A DNA stretch of 64,000 nt, taken from assembly GCA_963843795.1 (NCBI GenBank), contig CAWJLW010000006.1, positions 2,554,375 to 2,618,374 on the forward strand. Reading direction: 5' to 3'. A program made the position numbers and the translations under genes. The notes below the pieces were generated by a model that was given only the letters and a program-made list of their open reading frames with translations, ran no database searches and was not told the DNA's origin. Shown here in pieces: positions 8,274-18,124 of this stretch. Origin of the DNA: an uncultured bacterium. Its GTDB lineage: Bacteria; Armatimonadota; Abditibacteriia; Abditibacteriales; Abditibacteriaceae. How positions within the stretch are numbered: the first letter of the stretch is position 1; each line of letters starts with the position of its first letter.

Positions 8274-10313
8274 ATGGGATTATTGGAAAACATTGAAGGG
8301 CCGAGCGATTTGCAGAAGTTAAAACCAAGCCAGCTGCCTGAAGTGGCGCGCGAGGTGCGCGATTGCATTATTGGCACCATCGCTCAAAATGGCGGTCACT
8401 TTGGCGGCCCTTTGGGCGCGGTGGAAATTTGCGTCGCTCTGCACTACGTTTTCGATTCGCCGCGCGATAAATTCGTGTGGGATGTCGGCTATCAAGCCTA
8501 CGCGCACAAAATTCTCACCGGTCGCCGCGACCGCTTCAACACGTTGCGCCAGTGGGGCGGCATCGCACCTTTTCCGCGCGTCGAAGAGTCGCCCCACGAC
8601 ACCACCAATCCCGGTCACGGCTCTACTTCGATTTCCGCTGCCCTTGGCTACGCCGTCGCCCGCGACCTCAAAGGCACCGATGAAAATGTCGTCGCCATCA
8701 TTGGCGATGGTTCTTTGGTGGGCGGTCTAGCCCTGGAAGGTTTACATCAGGCCGGACACATGGATTCGCCGATGATTGTCGTTTTGAACGACAACGAAAT
8801 GGGCATCAGCCACAATTATTCTTCGCTGGCCAAATACTTGCGCCGCGTGCGCACGGATCCGGTTTACCGGCATACCCGTCAGTCGATGGAAGAAATTTTC
8901 AAGCGTTTGCCGGGTGGCGAATTGGTCATTGAGGCGGGTGAAAAATTGCGCGCCGGTGTCAAATCGATGGTTGTGCCTGGAATGTGGTTTGAAGAGCTTG
9001 GCTATCATTATATCGGCCCGATTAATGGTCACTCGCTGCCGGAACTGATTTCGGCGTTCAAAACTGCGCGAGCTTTGAAAAAGCCGGTTTTAATCCACGC
9101 CGTTACGGTCAAAGGAAAAGGTTGGGAACAAGCCGAAGACGCTTCTGGCCAGATTGAATGGCACGCGGCCACGCCTTCAAAATTCGAGAACCGCGATGGA
9201 AAAATCGAAGCCAAAGCCAAGCAACAAGCGCCGATTGAACCCAAAACCGAAACAAAGAAATCGCTGCCGACTTACACCGAAGTTTTCTCGGACGCATTGA
9301 TCGAACTGGCCGAAAAAGACGAACGCATTGTCGCGCTGACCGCCGCAATGCCGGGCGGAACCGGAATCGATAAATTTATCGAACGATTTCCCAAGCGTGG
9401 CTTCGATGTCGGCATGGTGGAAGAACATGCCGTTACCTTTGCTTCGGGCATGGCCCTGAATGGCTTGCGTCCGGTCGTGACGATTTACTCGACGTTTATG
9501 CAGCGCGCTTACGACCAGATTGTGCACGATGTGTGTCAGGTGCGCGACGGTTTGCCTGTGACTTTCGCCCTGGATCGCGGCGGTTTGGTAGGCGAAGACG
9601 GCGCGACTCATCAGGGCGTTTTCGATTTCTGCTATTTGCGTCACATTCCGCACATGACAGTGATGGCGCCCTCCGACGAAAACGAATTGCGCGGAATGCT
9701 GGCGACCTGCTTGGCATTGGACGGCCCGGCAGCGATTCGTTACCCGCGCGGGACGTGCGCGGCGGAACCCAAAGCCGATTCTCTACAAGCGCTGCCAGTC
9801 GGCAAAGCACAGTGGCGACGCGGCGAAGACGAGAAATCGCTCGATTTAGGTGTTATCGCAATCGGTTATCCTTTGGGAGCGACCTTGGAAGCGGTCGATG
9901 AACTGATTGCTGAAGGCCATAAAATTGGCGTATTGAATGCGCGCTTTGTCAAACCGTTGGATGTCGAAGCGATTTGTGAATTGGCACGGCGTGCGAAGAA
10001 AATTGTGACAATCGAAGAAAATGCGCGTTTGGGCGGCTTTGGTTCGGCGGTTTGCGAAGCGCTGCACGAAAACGGATTGCACGACGTTGCCGTTGAAATC
10101 GTCGGCATTCCCGATGAATTTATTCATCACGGCGCGCCCAAAATTCAGCGCGAAACTTTGGGATTGGATAAAGCAGGATTGCAAAAAACCATGCGCAAAT
10201 GGCTGCCCGCCACGTCACGAAACAGGGCCAACGGCGCTTACCAAAATGGCGCGACGGCCAAAAATGTCGCAGAAAACGTAGTTGAAGAAGTTGAGGTGAG
10301 CGCGACTCGGTAA
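8274..10313 (+). CDS. dxs: 1-deoxy-D-xylulose-5-phosphate synthase
   Basis: GGHFG..LG, WDVGYQAY.HK, GDGSL, NDNEM, DRGGLVGEDGATHQG. Confidence 0.97.
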   Translation: MGLLENIEGPSDLQKLKPSQLPEVAREVRDCIIGTIAQNGGHFGGPLGAVEICVALHYVFDSPRDKFVWDVGYQAYAHKILTGRRDRFNTLRQWGGIAPFPRVEESPHDTTNPGHGSTSISAALGYAVARDLKGTDENVVAIIGDGSLVGGLALEGLHQAGHMDSPMIVVLNDNEMGISHNYSSLAKYLRRVRTDPVYRHTRQSMEEIFKRLPGGELVIEAGEKLRAGVKSMVVPGMWFEELGYHYIGPINGHSLPELISAFKTARALKKPVLIHAVTVKGKGWEQAEDASGQIEWHAATPSKFENRDGKIEAKAKQQAPIEPKTETKKSLPTYTEVFSDALIELAEKDERIVALTAAMPGGTGIDKFIERFPKRGFDVGMVEEHAVTFASGMALNGLRPVVTIYSTFMQRAYDQIVHDVCQVRDGLPVTFALDRGGLVGEDGATHQGVFDFCYLRHIPHMTVMAPSDENELRGMLATCLALDGPAAIRYPRGTCAAEPKADSLQALPVGKAQWRRGEDEKSLDLGVIAIGYPLGATLEAVDELIAEGHKIGVLNARFVKPLDVEAICELARRAKKIVTIEENARLGGFGSAVCEALHENGLHDVAVEIVGIPDEFIHHGAPKIQRETLGLDKAGLQKTMRKWLPATSRNRANGAYQNGATAKNVAENVVEEVEVSATR

Positions 10314-10354
10314 ATCGAGTTCGTGCAGTTGTTTAAGAAGTTGGTGCCGTTTCT

Positions 10355-12049
10355 ATGAAAGATAATCGTTTCGTCATTCGCCGCTGTTATTTTCAGCGTC
10401 CGCAAGTACTTGCAGGACTGTTTTTGCTGAGCGTCACGCCTGCTTTTGCACAGGAGGCCGCACCTGAAGCGCCACCTGCAAAAGCGCCGCCCGCAGAAGT
10501 GCCAAAAACAGAAGCACCCAAAGTGACAGCGCCCGACAGTGCTCCCAAGGTGAATGAAAAGCCGGCGGGCGCAAACACGCCCGTCGAAGCCGATGTCATC
10601 GCTTCCACAACTGCGTATAACGCCGGCTTGGAAGCTTTGAAGCGCAACGATTTGGACGCGGCGGGCGAACAGTTCGCGCGCGTGGTCGAGCTTTCGCCCA
10701 AAGACGTGTACGCACAAATGTTTTTGGGCTATGTACGCTTCAAACAAAATCGTTTGGATGAAGCGTTAACTTCATTGGAAGCAGCAAGACAGGGCGAAGT
10801 GCAGTTGCCGCCGAAGTCGCGCGCAGCGCTTTATAACAATTTGGGACTGACTTATTGGAATAAGCAGCAGCCCGAACCCGCCATCGAAGCTTATACCAAA
10901 GCGCTGGCCTTAGACCAAGATTCGGTCGATGTACGCTTTAATCTGGCTTCAGCTTATCTAGCGCAGCAGAACCCCGAAAAAGCACTGCCCTTGTTTCAAG
11001 ATTTGGCGCAAGACAATCCCAAAGATGCCGCTCTGCAAGACAGTCTGGGCTTGGCCTACGAGCGCGCCGGACAGTGGGGCAGCGCGCTGGGCGCTTACTC
11101 TAAAGCGCTGGCACTGGAGCCAAAAAATGCGACTTACACGCTGAATATGGCTTTGGCGTTGGAGAAAAGTAAGCGCGAAACCGATGCCGCTAAGTATTTG
11201 CGACAAACGTTGGAAATCGACCCGCAGAACACAACGGCCTTGTTGCATCTGGGCGATATTTTCATCGCGCGCGCGCGATGGGGCGATGCTCAAGATGTGC
11301 TATCCAAATACGTCGCCTTGAAACCCAACGATTTCGTGGGATGGAGCAATCTGGGCGTCGCCTATGACTACAACGCCAAATTCGATCAGGCCTTGGACGC
11401 TTATGCACAGGCCGCGCGTTTATCGCCCAACGACGCCAATATCAAGAACAATGTCGGACGCATTTATTACAAGCGCGGGCGTTTGGATGAAGCCGTAACC
11501 GCTCTCCGCGACGCGTTGACTTCGGAGCCGGGCAATTTGGACGCGCGCTACAATTTAGGCTTGGTTTTGGCCGCGCAAAACAAAAATGTCGAAGCCAGCA
11601 AGGAAATGCAAAGTGTCATCGTTTCTGCATCTTCCAAATTGCAGCGGGAAACCGATGAAGACAAAAAGAAACCGTTGCGCGCGCTCTTAGCCGTTACACG
11701 CGGCGCGCTGGCCGAAAGCTATCTCAAACAGGAATTATACGCCGACGCCGATGCCGAGCTGGGGCAATTATTGAAGCTCGATCCAAATAATATCGCTGCT
11801 TTAACCAATCGCGGCTACGCGCAGTATCACATCAAAAATTATAACGAAGCAGAAAAAACCTACCGCGATTTATTAAAGCTCGACCCGAATAATGCTTTTG
11901 CCTACAATAATTTGGGTGCGGTTTTGGAGGCGAAAAACCAGCGCGCTGCAGCACTGCAATCGTATCGTAAAGCCGTTCAGCTCAAAGCCGACTACGACGA
12001 AGCCAAAAGCAACGTCGAGCGCTTGACTCAAGCCACAGCCGTTGGTTAA
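10355..12049 (+). CDS. secreted tetratricopeptide-repeat protein
   Basis: Signal peptide ending AFA; many TPR units (YNNLG..Y..A...DP). Confidence 0.9.
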   Translation: MKDNRFVIRRCYFQRPQVLAGLFLLSVTPAFAQEAAPEAPPAKAPPAEVPKTEAPKVTAPDSAPKVNEKPAGANTPVEADVIASTTAYNAGLEALKRNDLDAAGEQFARVVELSPKDVYAQMFLGYVRFKQNRLDEALTSLEAARQGEVQLPPKSRAALYNNLGLTYWNKQQPEPAIEAYTKALALDQDSVDVRFNLASAYLAQQNPEKALPLFQDLAQDNPKDAALQDSLGLAYERAGQWGSALGAYSKALALEPKNATYTLNMALALEKSKRETDAAKYLRQTLEIDPQNTTALLHLGDIFIARARWGDAQDVLSKYVALKPNDFVGWSNLGVAYDYNAKFDQALDAYAQAARLSPNDANIKNNVGRIYYKRGRLDEAVTALRDALTSEPGNLDARYNLGLVLAAQNKNVEASKEMQSVIVSASSKLQRETDEDKKKPLRALLAVTRGALAESYLKQELYADADAELGQLLKLDPNNIAALTNRGYAQYHIKNYNEAEKTYRDLLKLDPNNAFAYNNLGAVLEAKNQRAAALQSYRKAVQLKADYDEAKSNVERLTQATAVG

Positions 12050-12194
12050 TTTTTGTTTCGCGTAGAAGATTAGAAATTTCTGGGAGAAAATTCCCGGCCG
12101 CAAGAGACTTGCGGAGCATATTTTCTTCTGCGTTTTCTGCGAAAATCTCTGCGCGGGCGTTTCTGAGCTGGCGCGAAATTCGTATCCCTGAACT

Positions 12195-13085
12195 ATGTTT
12201 TCATCTCTGGGCATTTTCGCAGCGCCGGGCAAGCCCAACGTTGGCCCGTTAGTGCGCGAACTGGTGACTTTAGCGCAGCGCCGCGATGTCGAGGTGCGTT
12301 TGCAGCCGGAAATCGCTGACCTCATCGACGCCGATCAATTGCGTGGGCGCAGCGAAGACCACATCGCGCGTAGCGACATTCTGGTCACATTCAGCGGCGA
12401 TGGCGGCGTGCTCAAAGCCGCGCGCGCCGCTGCTCCGCACAACACGCCGGTTTTAGCGGTTGATCTGGGCCGTTTGGGTTTTTTGTCTGCGGTGCGACCC
12501 AGCGACATCGAAGCCGATTTCGAGCGCGTGTGGCGCGGCGAATTCACCGTTCAAGATCGATTGATGCTGGACGCGCGCGTTCTGCGTCGCAACGATCTTA
12601 ACCAATGGCAGGAAGTCGGTGGCAGCATTGGTCTCAATGATGCCGTAGTTGCCAAAAGCGCGCTGGCGCGAATTCTACGTTTGTCGATCTCTCTTGAAGG
12701 CAGCTTAATCGCACAAACGCGCGCCGATGGATTAATTATCTCAACGCCGACCGGCTCAACCGCCTACGCTCTCGCAGCCGGTGGCCCGATTGTCAGTCCC
12801 GAAGTTCCACTGTTGCTCATCTGCCCGATTTGCGCGCACTCTATCGCGCAACGCCCTTTAGTTATCAGTCCGGATTCCGTCATTGACATCGACGCTGAAT
12901 GGGAAGGCGACGAAGTATCGCCGGAATTGCTGGAAGCGATGCTTACCATTGATGGACAAATCGGCGTGCGCTTAAAAAGCGGTGACCGCGTGCGCGTCGT
13001 GCGCTCGCCCTTGTGCGCACGTTTATTGCATTCGCCCGAATCATCGTTCTTCGCGCGTCTGCGCCAAAAACTGCACTGGATTTAA
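12195..13085 (+). CDS. nadK: NAD(+) kinase
   Basis: SGDGG, LGRLGFL, GLNDAV, ADGLIISTPTGSTAYALAAGGP. Confidence 0.95.
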   Translation: MFSSLGIFAAPGKPNVGPLVRELVTLAQRRDVEVRLQPEIADLIDADQLRGRSEDHIARSDILVTFSGDGGVLKAARAAAPHNTPVLAVDLGRLGFLSAVRPSDIEADFERVWRGEFTVQDRLMLDARVLRRNDLNQWQEVGGSIGLNDAVVAKSALARILRLSISLEGSLIAQTRADGLIISTPTGSTAYALAAGGPIVSPEVPLLLICPICAHSIAQRPLVISPDSVIDIDAEWEGDEVSPELLEAMLTIDGQIGVRLKSGDRVRVVRSPLCARLLHSPESSFFARLRQKLHWI

Positions 13086-13201
13086 CAAGAGATGAGCCGT
13101 GAGAGGAAAAATTAGAATGGCGCGCTGCAAGTACTTGCAGCGCAAAGTAAAACACCACGCTGATTCTCACCTTTCACACCTCGTCTCTTCCCTTTGAAAT
13201 T

Positions 13202-14947
13202 ATGTTGTTGGAATTGCGAATTTCTCATCTGGCGATTATCGAGTCTGCCGAAATTCACTGCGGTGCGGGCTTCAATGTCCTCACCGGCGAAACCGGTGCG
13301 GGCAAATCTATCGTCATCGACGCGCTGGGCCTTTTGATGGGCGAGCGCGCCGCATCCGAACAGGCCGGACGCAGTGGCACGGCTTCGGTCGAAGGCGTTT
13401 TCGATATTTCAAACGCGCCTCTCGTGCGCAAGTACCTGCACGACAACGAAATCGAAAGCGAAGACGATTTACTCATCATCGCGCGCGAATTGGCCGCCAA
13501 TGGACGCTCCCGCGTGCGCGTCAATGGACGTTTGACAACCGCTGCTATTCTGCGCGAAATCGGTACGCGCCTGATTGATTTACACGGCCAGCACGAATCG
13601 CAACAGTTACTCAAACCCGAAGCACATGGCGCATTTTTAGATGCCGCTGGCGACCGTACACATCACCAATTGATGAGCCAGACGCGTGACAAATATCGCG
13701 CGTGGCGCAGCGCGAAAAAACGTTTGGATGAATTGACGCGCGACGAACAGGCGCGCGCGCAGCGCTTGGATATGCTGGGCTTTCAAGCCGAAGAAATCGA
13801 CGCCGCCGAATTGCAAGCCGATGAAGACGACGCCTTAATCGACGAACGCGCGCGTTTGATGAACGCCGAAAAGTTGCGCGATGCCGCCGCCCTGTGCCGC
13901 GATGCCATCAGCGGCGACGATGAGCCGGGCGCATTGAGCTTGCTGCGCAGCGCTTTGAAAGCCGGACGCGAACTGGAAGAATTCGACAAAAGCGTTTCCG
14001 CTTGGGTCGAGTCGTTACAAAGCGCACTTTATGAAATCGAGGAAGTTGCGGGCGAAGCCGCGTCTTATGCCGACGAATTGGAAGCCGACCCGCAACGTTT
14101 GGAACAGATTGAAAGCCGCTTGCACGCCTTGAATCGCTTGAAGCGCAAATACGGCGCGACGGTCGAAGCGATTTTGGAACACCGCGAAATCATCGGCGAA
14201 GAATTGAAACGCTTGTCGGTTTCGGAAGACGAATTGAGCGATTTACGCGCGAACGTCGCCAAATTGCGCGGCGAATTCGAAAAACAAGCCGAAAAACTTT
14301 CGCAGTCGCGTCAAAAACTAGCGCAAGAATTTTCGCGTCGCGTGGTCGAAAACTTGGCGACACTGGCGATGGAACGCGCGCGCTTCGATGTGCATTTCGA
14401 GCGCGATGAAAACGGTTCTGCCAGCGGCATCGACCGCATCGAATTTTTGCTCTCAGCCAATCCAGGCCAAGCGCCGCGACCTTTGGCGCGCATCGCGTCG
14501 GGTGGCGAAATTTCGCGCGTGATGCTGGCTTTGCGCTCGGTATTGGGCGACAACGCCGATGAAAGCGACGAGCGCGTGCCGATCCTAATTTTCGATGAAG
14601 TCGATACCGGAATTGGCGGAGTGACAGCCGAAGCCGTTGGCGAAAAAATGCAGGAATTGGCGCGGCGTTTTCAAGTGTTCTGCGTCACGCATCTGCCGCA
14701 AATCGCGCGGCGCGGCGATCACCATTATCGCATTCAAAAACACGCAGGCGAAGACGATACGCGCGTCGATGTCACAGTTTTGAATGGCGAAGCGCGCGTG
14801 CAAGAACTGGCGCGCATGATGGGCCGCGAAAGCGAAGCCAACTTGACTCACGCCCGCGAATTGCTGGGCGAAAAAGCGGGGCAAGTACTTGCCCCGCAAA
14901 ATGGCGCTTTCAAGAAAACGCGGACGAAGAAAGCTGCTGCTGAGTGA
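13202..14947 (+). CDS. recN: DNA repair protein RecN
   Basis: LTGETGAGKS, IDLHGQH, ASGGEISR, IFDEVDTGIGG, VTHLPQIA. Confidence 0.97.
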   Translation: MLLELRISHLAIIESAEIHCGAGFNVLTGETGAGKSIVIDALGLLMGERAASEQAGRSGTASVEGVFDISNAPLVRKYLHDNEIESEDDLLIIARELAANGRSRVRVNGRLTTAAILREIGTRLIDLHGQHESQQLLKPEAHGAFLDAAGDRTHHQLMSQTRDKYRAWRSAKKRLDELTRDEQARAQRLDMLGFQAEEIDAAELQADEDDALIDERARLMNAEKLRDAAALCRDAISGDDEPGALSLLRSALKAGRELEEFDKSVSAWVESLQSALYEIEEVAGEAASYADELEADPQRLEQIESRLHALNRLKRKYGATVEAILEHREIIGEELKRLSVSEDELSDLRANVAKLRGEFEKQAEKLSQSRQKLAQEFSRRVVENLATLAMERARFDVHFERDENGSASGIDRIEFLLSANPGQAPRPLARIASGGEISRVMLALRSVLGDNADESDERVPILIFDEVDTGIGGVTAEAVGEKMQELARRFQVFCVTHLPQIARRGDHHYRIQKHAGEDDTRVDVTVLNGEARVQELARMMGRESEANLTHARELLGEKAGQVLAPQNGAFKKTRTKKAAAE

Positions 14948-15135
14948 AAATTGCGCTGCAAGTACTTGCAGTGTCTAGTGGCATTTATTCTCTTATCGCA
15001 AGAGTCAATTGGCTTTGTGTTGTGCTTTCAATTCAAGCGGCGAATTGCCGAACCAAATATACAGAACTGCCCAAAAACGCTAATCCACCCATAATAATAA
15101 ACGTAATCGACAAAATCTTTATCAGGGTGATGTAA

Positions 15136-16020
15136 GAGCCTATCCTAATAGGCAGTTAAACTGCGTTGCATGAAAGCAGAAAGAGACATTCAAGAGTTTT
15201 TGATTTCGGATGCACTATGGGAGCGAATCGAGCCTTTGATTCCGATTCGTGCAAAGAAAGTTCATCCCTTGGGCTGTCACCGTCCTCGTGTCCCTGATCG
15301 GCAGGTCTTGAACGGTATTTTCTTTGTATTACGAACCGGCTGCCAGTGGAAGGCGCTGGATGCCACCGGCATTTGTTCTGGCTCAACAGCCCATTTGCGG
15401 TTTCAGGAGTGGGAGCGAGAAGGCTTTTTTGTGCGCTTGTGGGAAGCGGCGTTGTGTGACTACAACGAACTTCGCGGTTTGGACTGGAGTTGGCTGGCTC
15501 TCGACGGCGCGATGACAAAGGCGCCCCTTGGAGGGGAAAAAAAGTGGTCCCAATCCGTGCGACCGCGCCAAAGGCGGTGTCAAAAGGAGCCTGCTGACTG
15601 AGGCTGCCGGGATTCCTATTGGATTGGAGATTGAAGGGGCCAATCGCCACGATATGAAACTGGTGGCCGTTACACTGGCGAGTGTGCCACAGGGGATTGA
15701 AGACAAAAGGCTTTTGCATCTGGCATCAGGACAAGCCGAGCAGAGTTTGTGTATGGACGCAGGTTACGACTCTGCCGAAGTACGTGAGATGGTGTGGGAG
15801 TTTGGCTATACCGCTCATATTCGCTGCCGAGGCCAAGAAGCTGAAGACAGACAAGCAGGTAAGCGGGCGCGCCGTTGGGTTGTCGAAAGAACCCATAGCT
15901 GGCTCAACCGCTATCGCCGCGTGTTAGTGAGATGGGAAAAGAAGGCTCATAACTATCTCGCTATGTTGCACTTTGCTTGCGCTCTCATCTCTTGGAATCA
16001 ATGCCTATTAGGATAGGCTC
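15136..16020 (+). mobile_element. IS5-family insertion sequence, 885 bp
   Basis: Perfect 19-bp terminal inverted repeats GAGCCTATCCTAATAGGCA (15136-15154; 16002-16020); TAA target duplication on both sides. Confidence 0.95.
15170..16016 (+). CDS. IS5-family DDE transposase, two ORFs joined by a probable programmed -1 frameshift
   Basis: orfA 15170-15601 (ISDALWERIEPL, LRTGCQW) and orfB to 16016 (DAGYD, RWVVERTHSWL); overlap contains GGGGAAAAAAAG near 15533. Confidence 0.9.
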
Positions 16021-16222
16021 TAAGATTGACTTTTTATGTAATTATAAAAAATATCGTTTTTTCTATTCTGATCACGTTCGTAGAACGAGAGAGCGTCTTT
16101 TTGAACGATATCAGTTTTCAAGAAGCAATAAAGCCCACATAGTAAAAAGATTAGCCCAAGAGTTACCCCTGCCCACGGATGAATAGAGTGATCTTTCATA
16201 TGTTGTAATCACCGAGAAAATC

Positions 16223-16507
16223 TCAATCGTCAATCAGCCAAACTTCTGTATTCAAAGGCACTTGCTCTTTTTTGATGTTGCAGAGAACACAAGTGTAGAA
16301 AGACTCTGAATTGATTGAATTAGAATGCGTCAAATAGAATTTTGCTTGAACAGTTTCTTGCGTTTCATCGGGGCGAACAAGACGAACGTGAGCAACATAA
16401 CCGCTTTGATTTGAGCCGATATTTTCGGGAGTTGGATTGGGAACCACGATAACGCCGCGCCCCGAAATTTGAAAACTCTCTTCGACAATCAACAATAGCT
16501 TGTCCAT
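16223..16507 (-). CDS. hypothetical beta-barrel protein resembling translation-factor domain II
   Basis: LLIVEESFQISGRGVIV resembles EF-Tu VEDVFSI.GRGTVV; AT-rich. Confidence 0.55.
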   Translation of the reverse strand: MDKLLLIVEESFQISGRGVIVVPNPTPENIGSNQSGYVAHVRLVRPDETQETVQAKFYLTHSNSINSESFYTCVLCNIKKEQVPLNTEVWLIDD

Positions 16508-16544
16508 AGTATCTGACACACCAATCAAACGTAATTGTAATTTA

Positions 16545-16576
16545 AAACCGCGCTGCAAGTACTTGCAGCGCGGTTT
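16545..16576. repeat. 32-bp perfect palindrome with core, between divergent genes
   Basis: AAACCGCGCT-core-AGCGCGGTTT. Confidence 0.85.
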
Positions 16577-16621
16577 GCGCGCTTAATTTGATAAAATAGC
16601 ACGCGTATTTCCGTTTTCACA

Positions 16622-17212
16622 ATGAACAAAAAAACCGGCTGCGGCCTTTTCGTTTTCTTAATTCTCGCCGCGTTGGGCTATGGCGCGTGGCGCGTTGTGA
16701 CACCGCCGCGCGTTGATCCTGGTGCACCAATTTCGCAGTTACCACCCGCGCAACAGCAGGAGCGGCGCGAAGAAGCTAAGCAACTGGAAACGCAAATCAA
16801 GAATATTGCGCGCGCTGGGCGTGAGCATCAGCAGAAAACTTTTTCGCTGGAAATCAGCGCCACTCAACTCAATACGCTGCTGCAAGATCGCGTCGATACG
16901 CGCAAATTTCCGATTCGCGATTTACGTATCGGTTTGGAACCCGCACAGCTTTTGTTGCAGGGCAAGGCCAAAGTTTCCGGTATCAGCGGCACGGCGACAC
17001 TCAGCGGCAGCTTGACAGCGCAAAATGGCAAACTGCAATTTCAAACTCAGGATTTGAAAATTGGTGGCATTTCCGCGCCGAGCGACTGGCAGAAAAAAGT
17101 CGATAAAAGCCTCACGGAGCGCTTGAACGAAGCTTTAAAAAACGCGCCGGGACGCATCGACACGGTGACAATTGAAACCGATAAAATGATTGTCAGCGGC
17201 AATAGCGGGTGA
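16622..17212 (+). CDS. membrane-anchored hypothetical protein (LmeA/DUF2993-like)
   Basis: N-terminal TM; beta-rich C-terminus (SATQLNTLL..., LQFQTQDLKIG). Confidence 0.6.
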   Translation: MNKKTGCGLFVFLILAALGYGAWRVVTPPRVDPGAPISQLPPAQQQERREEAKQLETQIKNIARAGREHQQKTFSLEISATQLNTLLQDRVDTRKFPIRDLRIGLEPAQLLLQGKAKVSGISGTATLSGSLTAQNGKLQFQTQDLKIGGISAPSDWQKKVDKSLTERLNEALKNAPGRIDTVTIETDKMIVSGNSG

Positions 17213-17338
17213 AGAAATTAGATTCGAAAGGTGAGAGGGCAGAAATTCCGCAATGCAAGTACTTGCAAGCAAGTTATGCACTTTGCGTGATATCTTTTCC
17301 TCTCAAATCTAACTTCTTTTCTCAAAAGGAATTAAACA

Positions 17339-17965
17339 ATGGATTTGCGAACGGTATTGTCCAACAATTTGAATTTGCAAAGTTTGGTGCAAATCGCGGT
17401 GAAAGTGATTTTCATCGCTCTGGTTTTCGAGTTCATCGCGTGGTGGGCGGGCCGCCAAATCGAAAAGAAAACCGCGCCTCTGATTCCTGTCGATGCCACG
17501 CGCGAAGCCAACTGGCGTTTGCGACGCCGCAATACCCTGCGCCAAACACCTAAAATTATTTCACGCAGTTGTTGTTATGTCGTGGCGCTTTTGCTGGTTC
17601 TGAATCAATTCAACGTCGAAATTCTGCCACTTTCAATTGGGCTTGGTGCGGTTGCCCTGATGTTCGGCGCCGCCTTGTTGCCGCTGATGCGCGACGCGAC
17701 GCAGGGTTATGCCTTGTTGGGCGAAGATGTGATTGCTCCAGGCGATGTAATTGAAGTGGAAGGCGTGCGCGGACAAGTTGAAAAATTCACCTTGCGCGCG
17801 TTGTGGCTGCGCGACACGGAAAATCGCGTGCACTGTTTCAGCAATCGCAGCGTGCGCGATGTGACAATTTTAAAGCGCCACGAAGAAACGCCGCGCGATA
17901 GCAGCGCACCTACTACGGCTAGAGCGCCGCGCAAAGCCAGTTTCGACCCGCTGGATATAGCGTAA
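17339..17965 (+). CDS. MscS-family mechanosensitive channel
   Basis: AAGGA SD; TM helices; GDVIEVEGVRGQVEKFTLR..LRD. Confidence 0.85.
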   Translation: MDLRTVLSNNLNLQSLVQIAVKVIFIALVFEFIAWWAGRQIEKKTAPLIPVDATREANWRLRRRNTLRQTPKIISRSCCYVVALLLVLNQFNVEILPLSIGLGAVALMFGAALLPLMRDATQGYALLGEDVIAPGDVIEVEGVRGQVEKFTLRALWLRDTENRVHCFSNRSVRDVTILKRHEETPRDSSAPTTARAPRKASFDPLDIA

Positions 17966-17977
17966 TTTCCCGTAAAT

Positions 17978-18098
17978 AACCACAGAGAACACGGAGGACA
18001 CAGAGATTTTTAGATAGTTTCTGAGAAACTGAAATATTCGTTCTGCAAGTACTTGCAGCGAAATTCTTTAATCAAAAATCTCTGTGTTCTCTGTGGTT
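17978..18098. repeat. inverted-repeat element with 9-bp-period arms enclosing a core palindrome
   Basis: AACCACAGAGAACACGGAGGACACAGAGATTTTT ... AAAAATCTCTGTGTTCTCTGTGGTT. Confidence 0.7.
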
Positions 18099-18124
18099 CC
18101 ATTGTTTAAATCCTCGCTCTCGCC

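Larger units (their letters stand above)
15033..16199 (-). pseudogene. small membrane protein gene (92 aa reconstructed) interrupted by IS5-family element
   Basis: Removing the IS and one TAA joins MKDHSIHPWAGVTLGLIFLLCG...IKSQS to YITLIKILSITFIIMGGLAFLGSSVYLVRQFAA* in frame. Confidence 0.75.
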
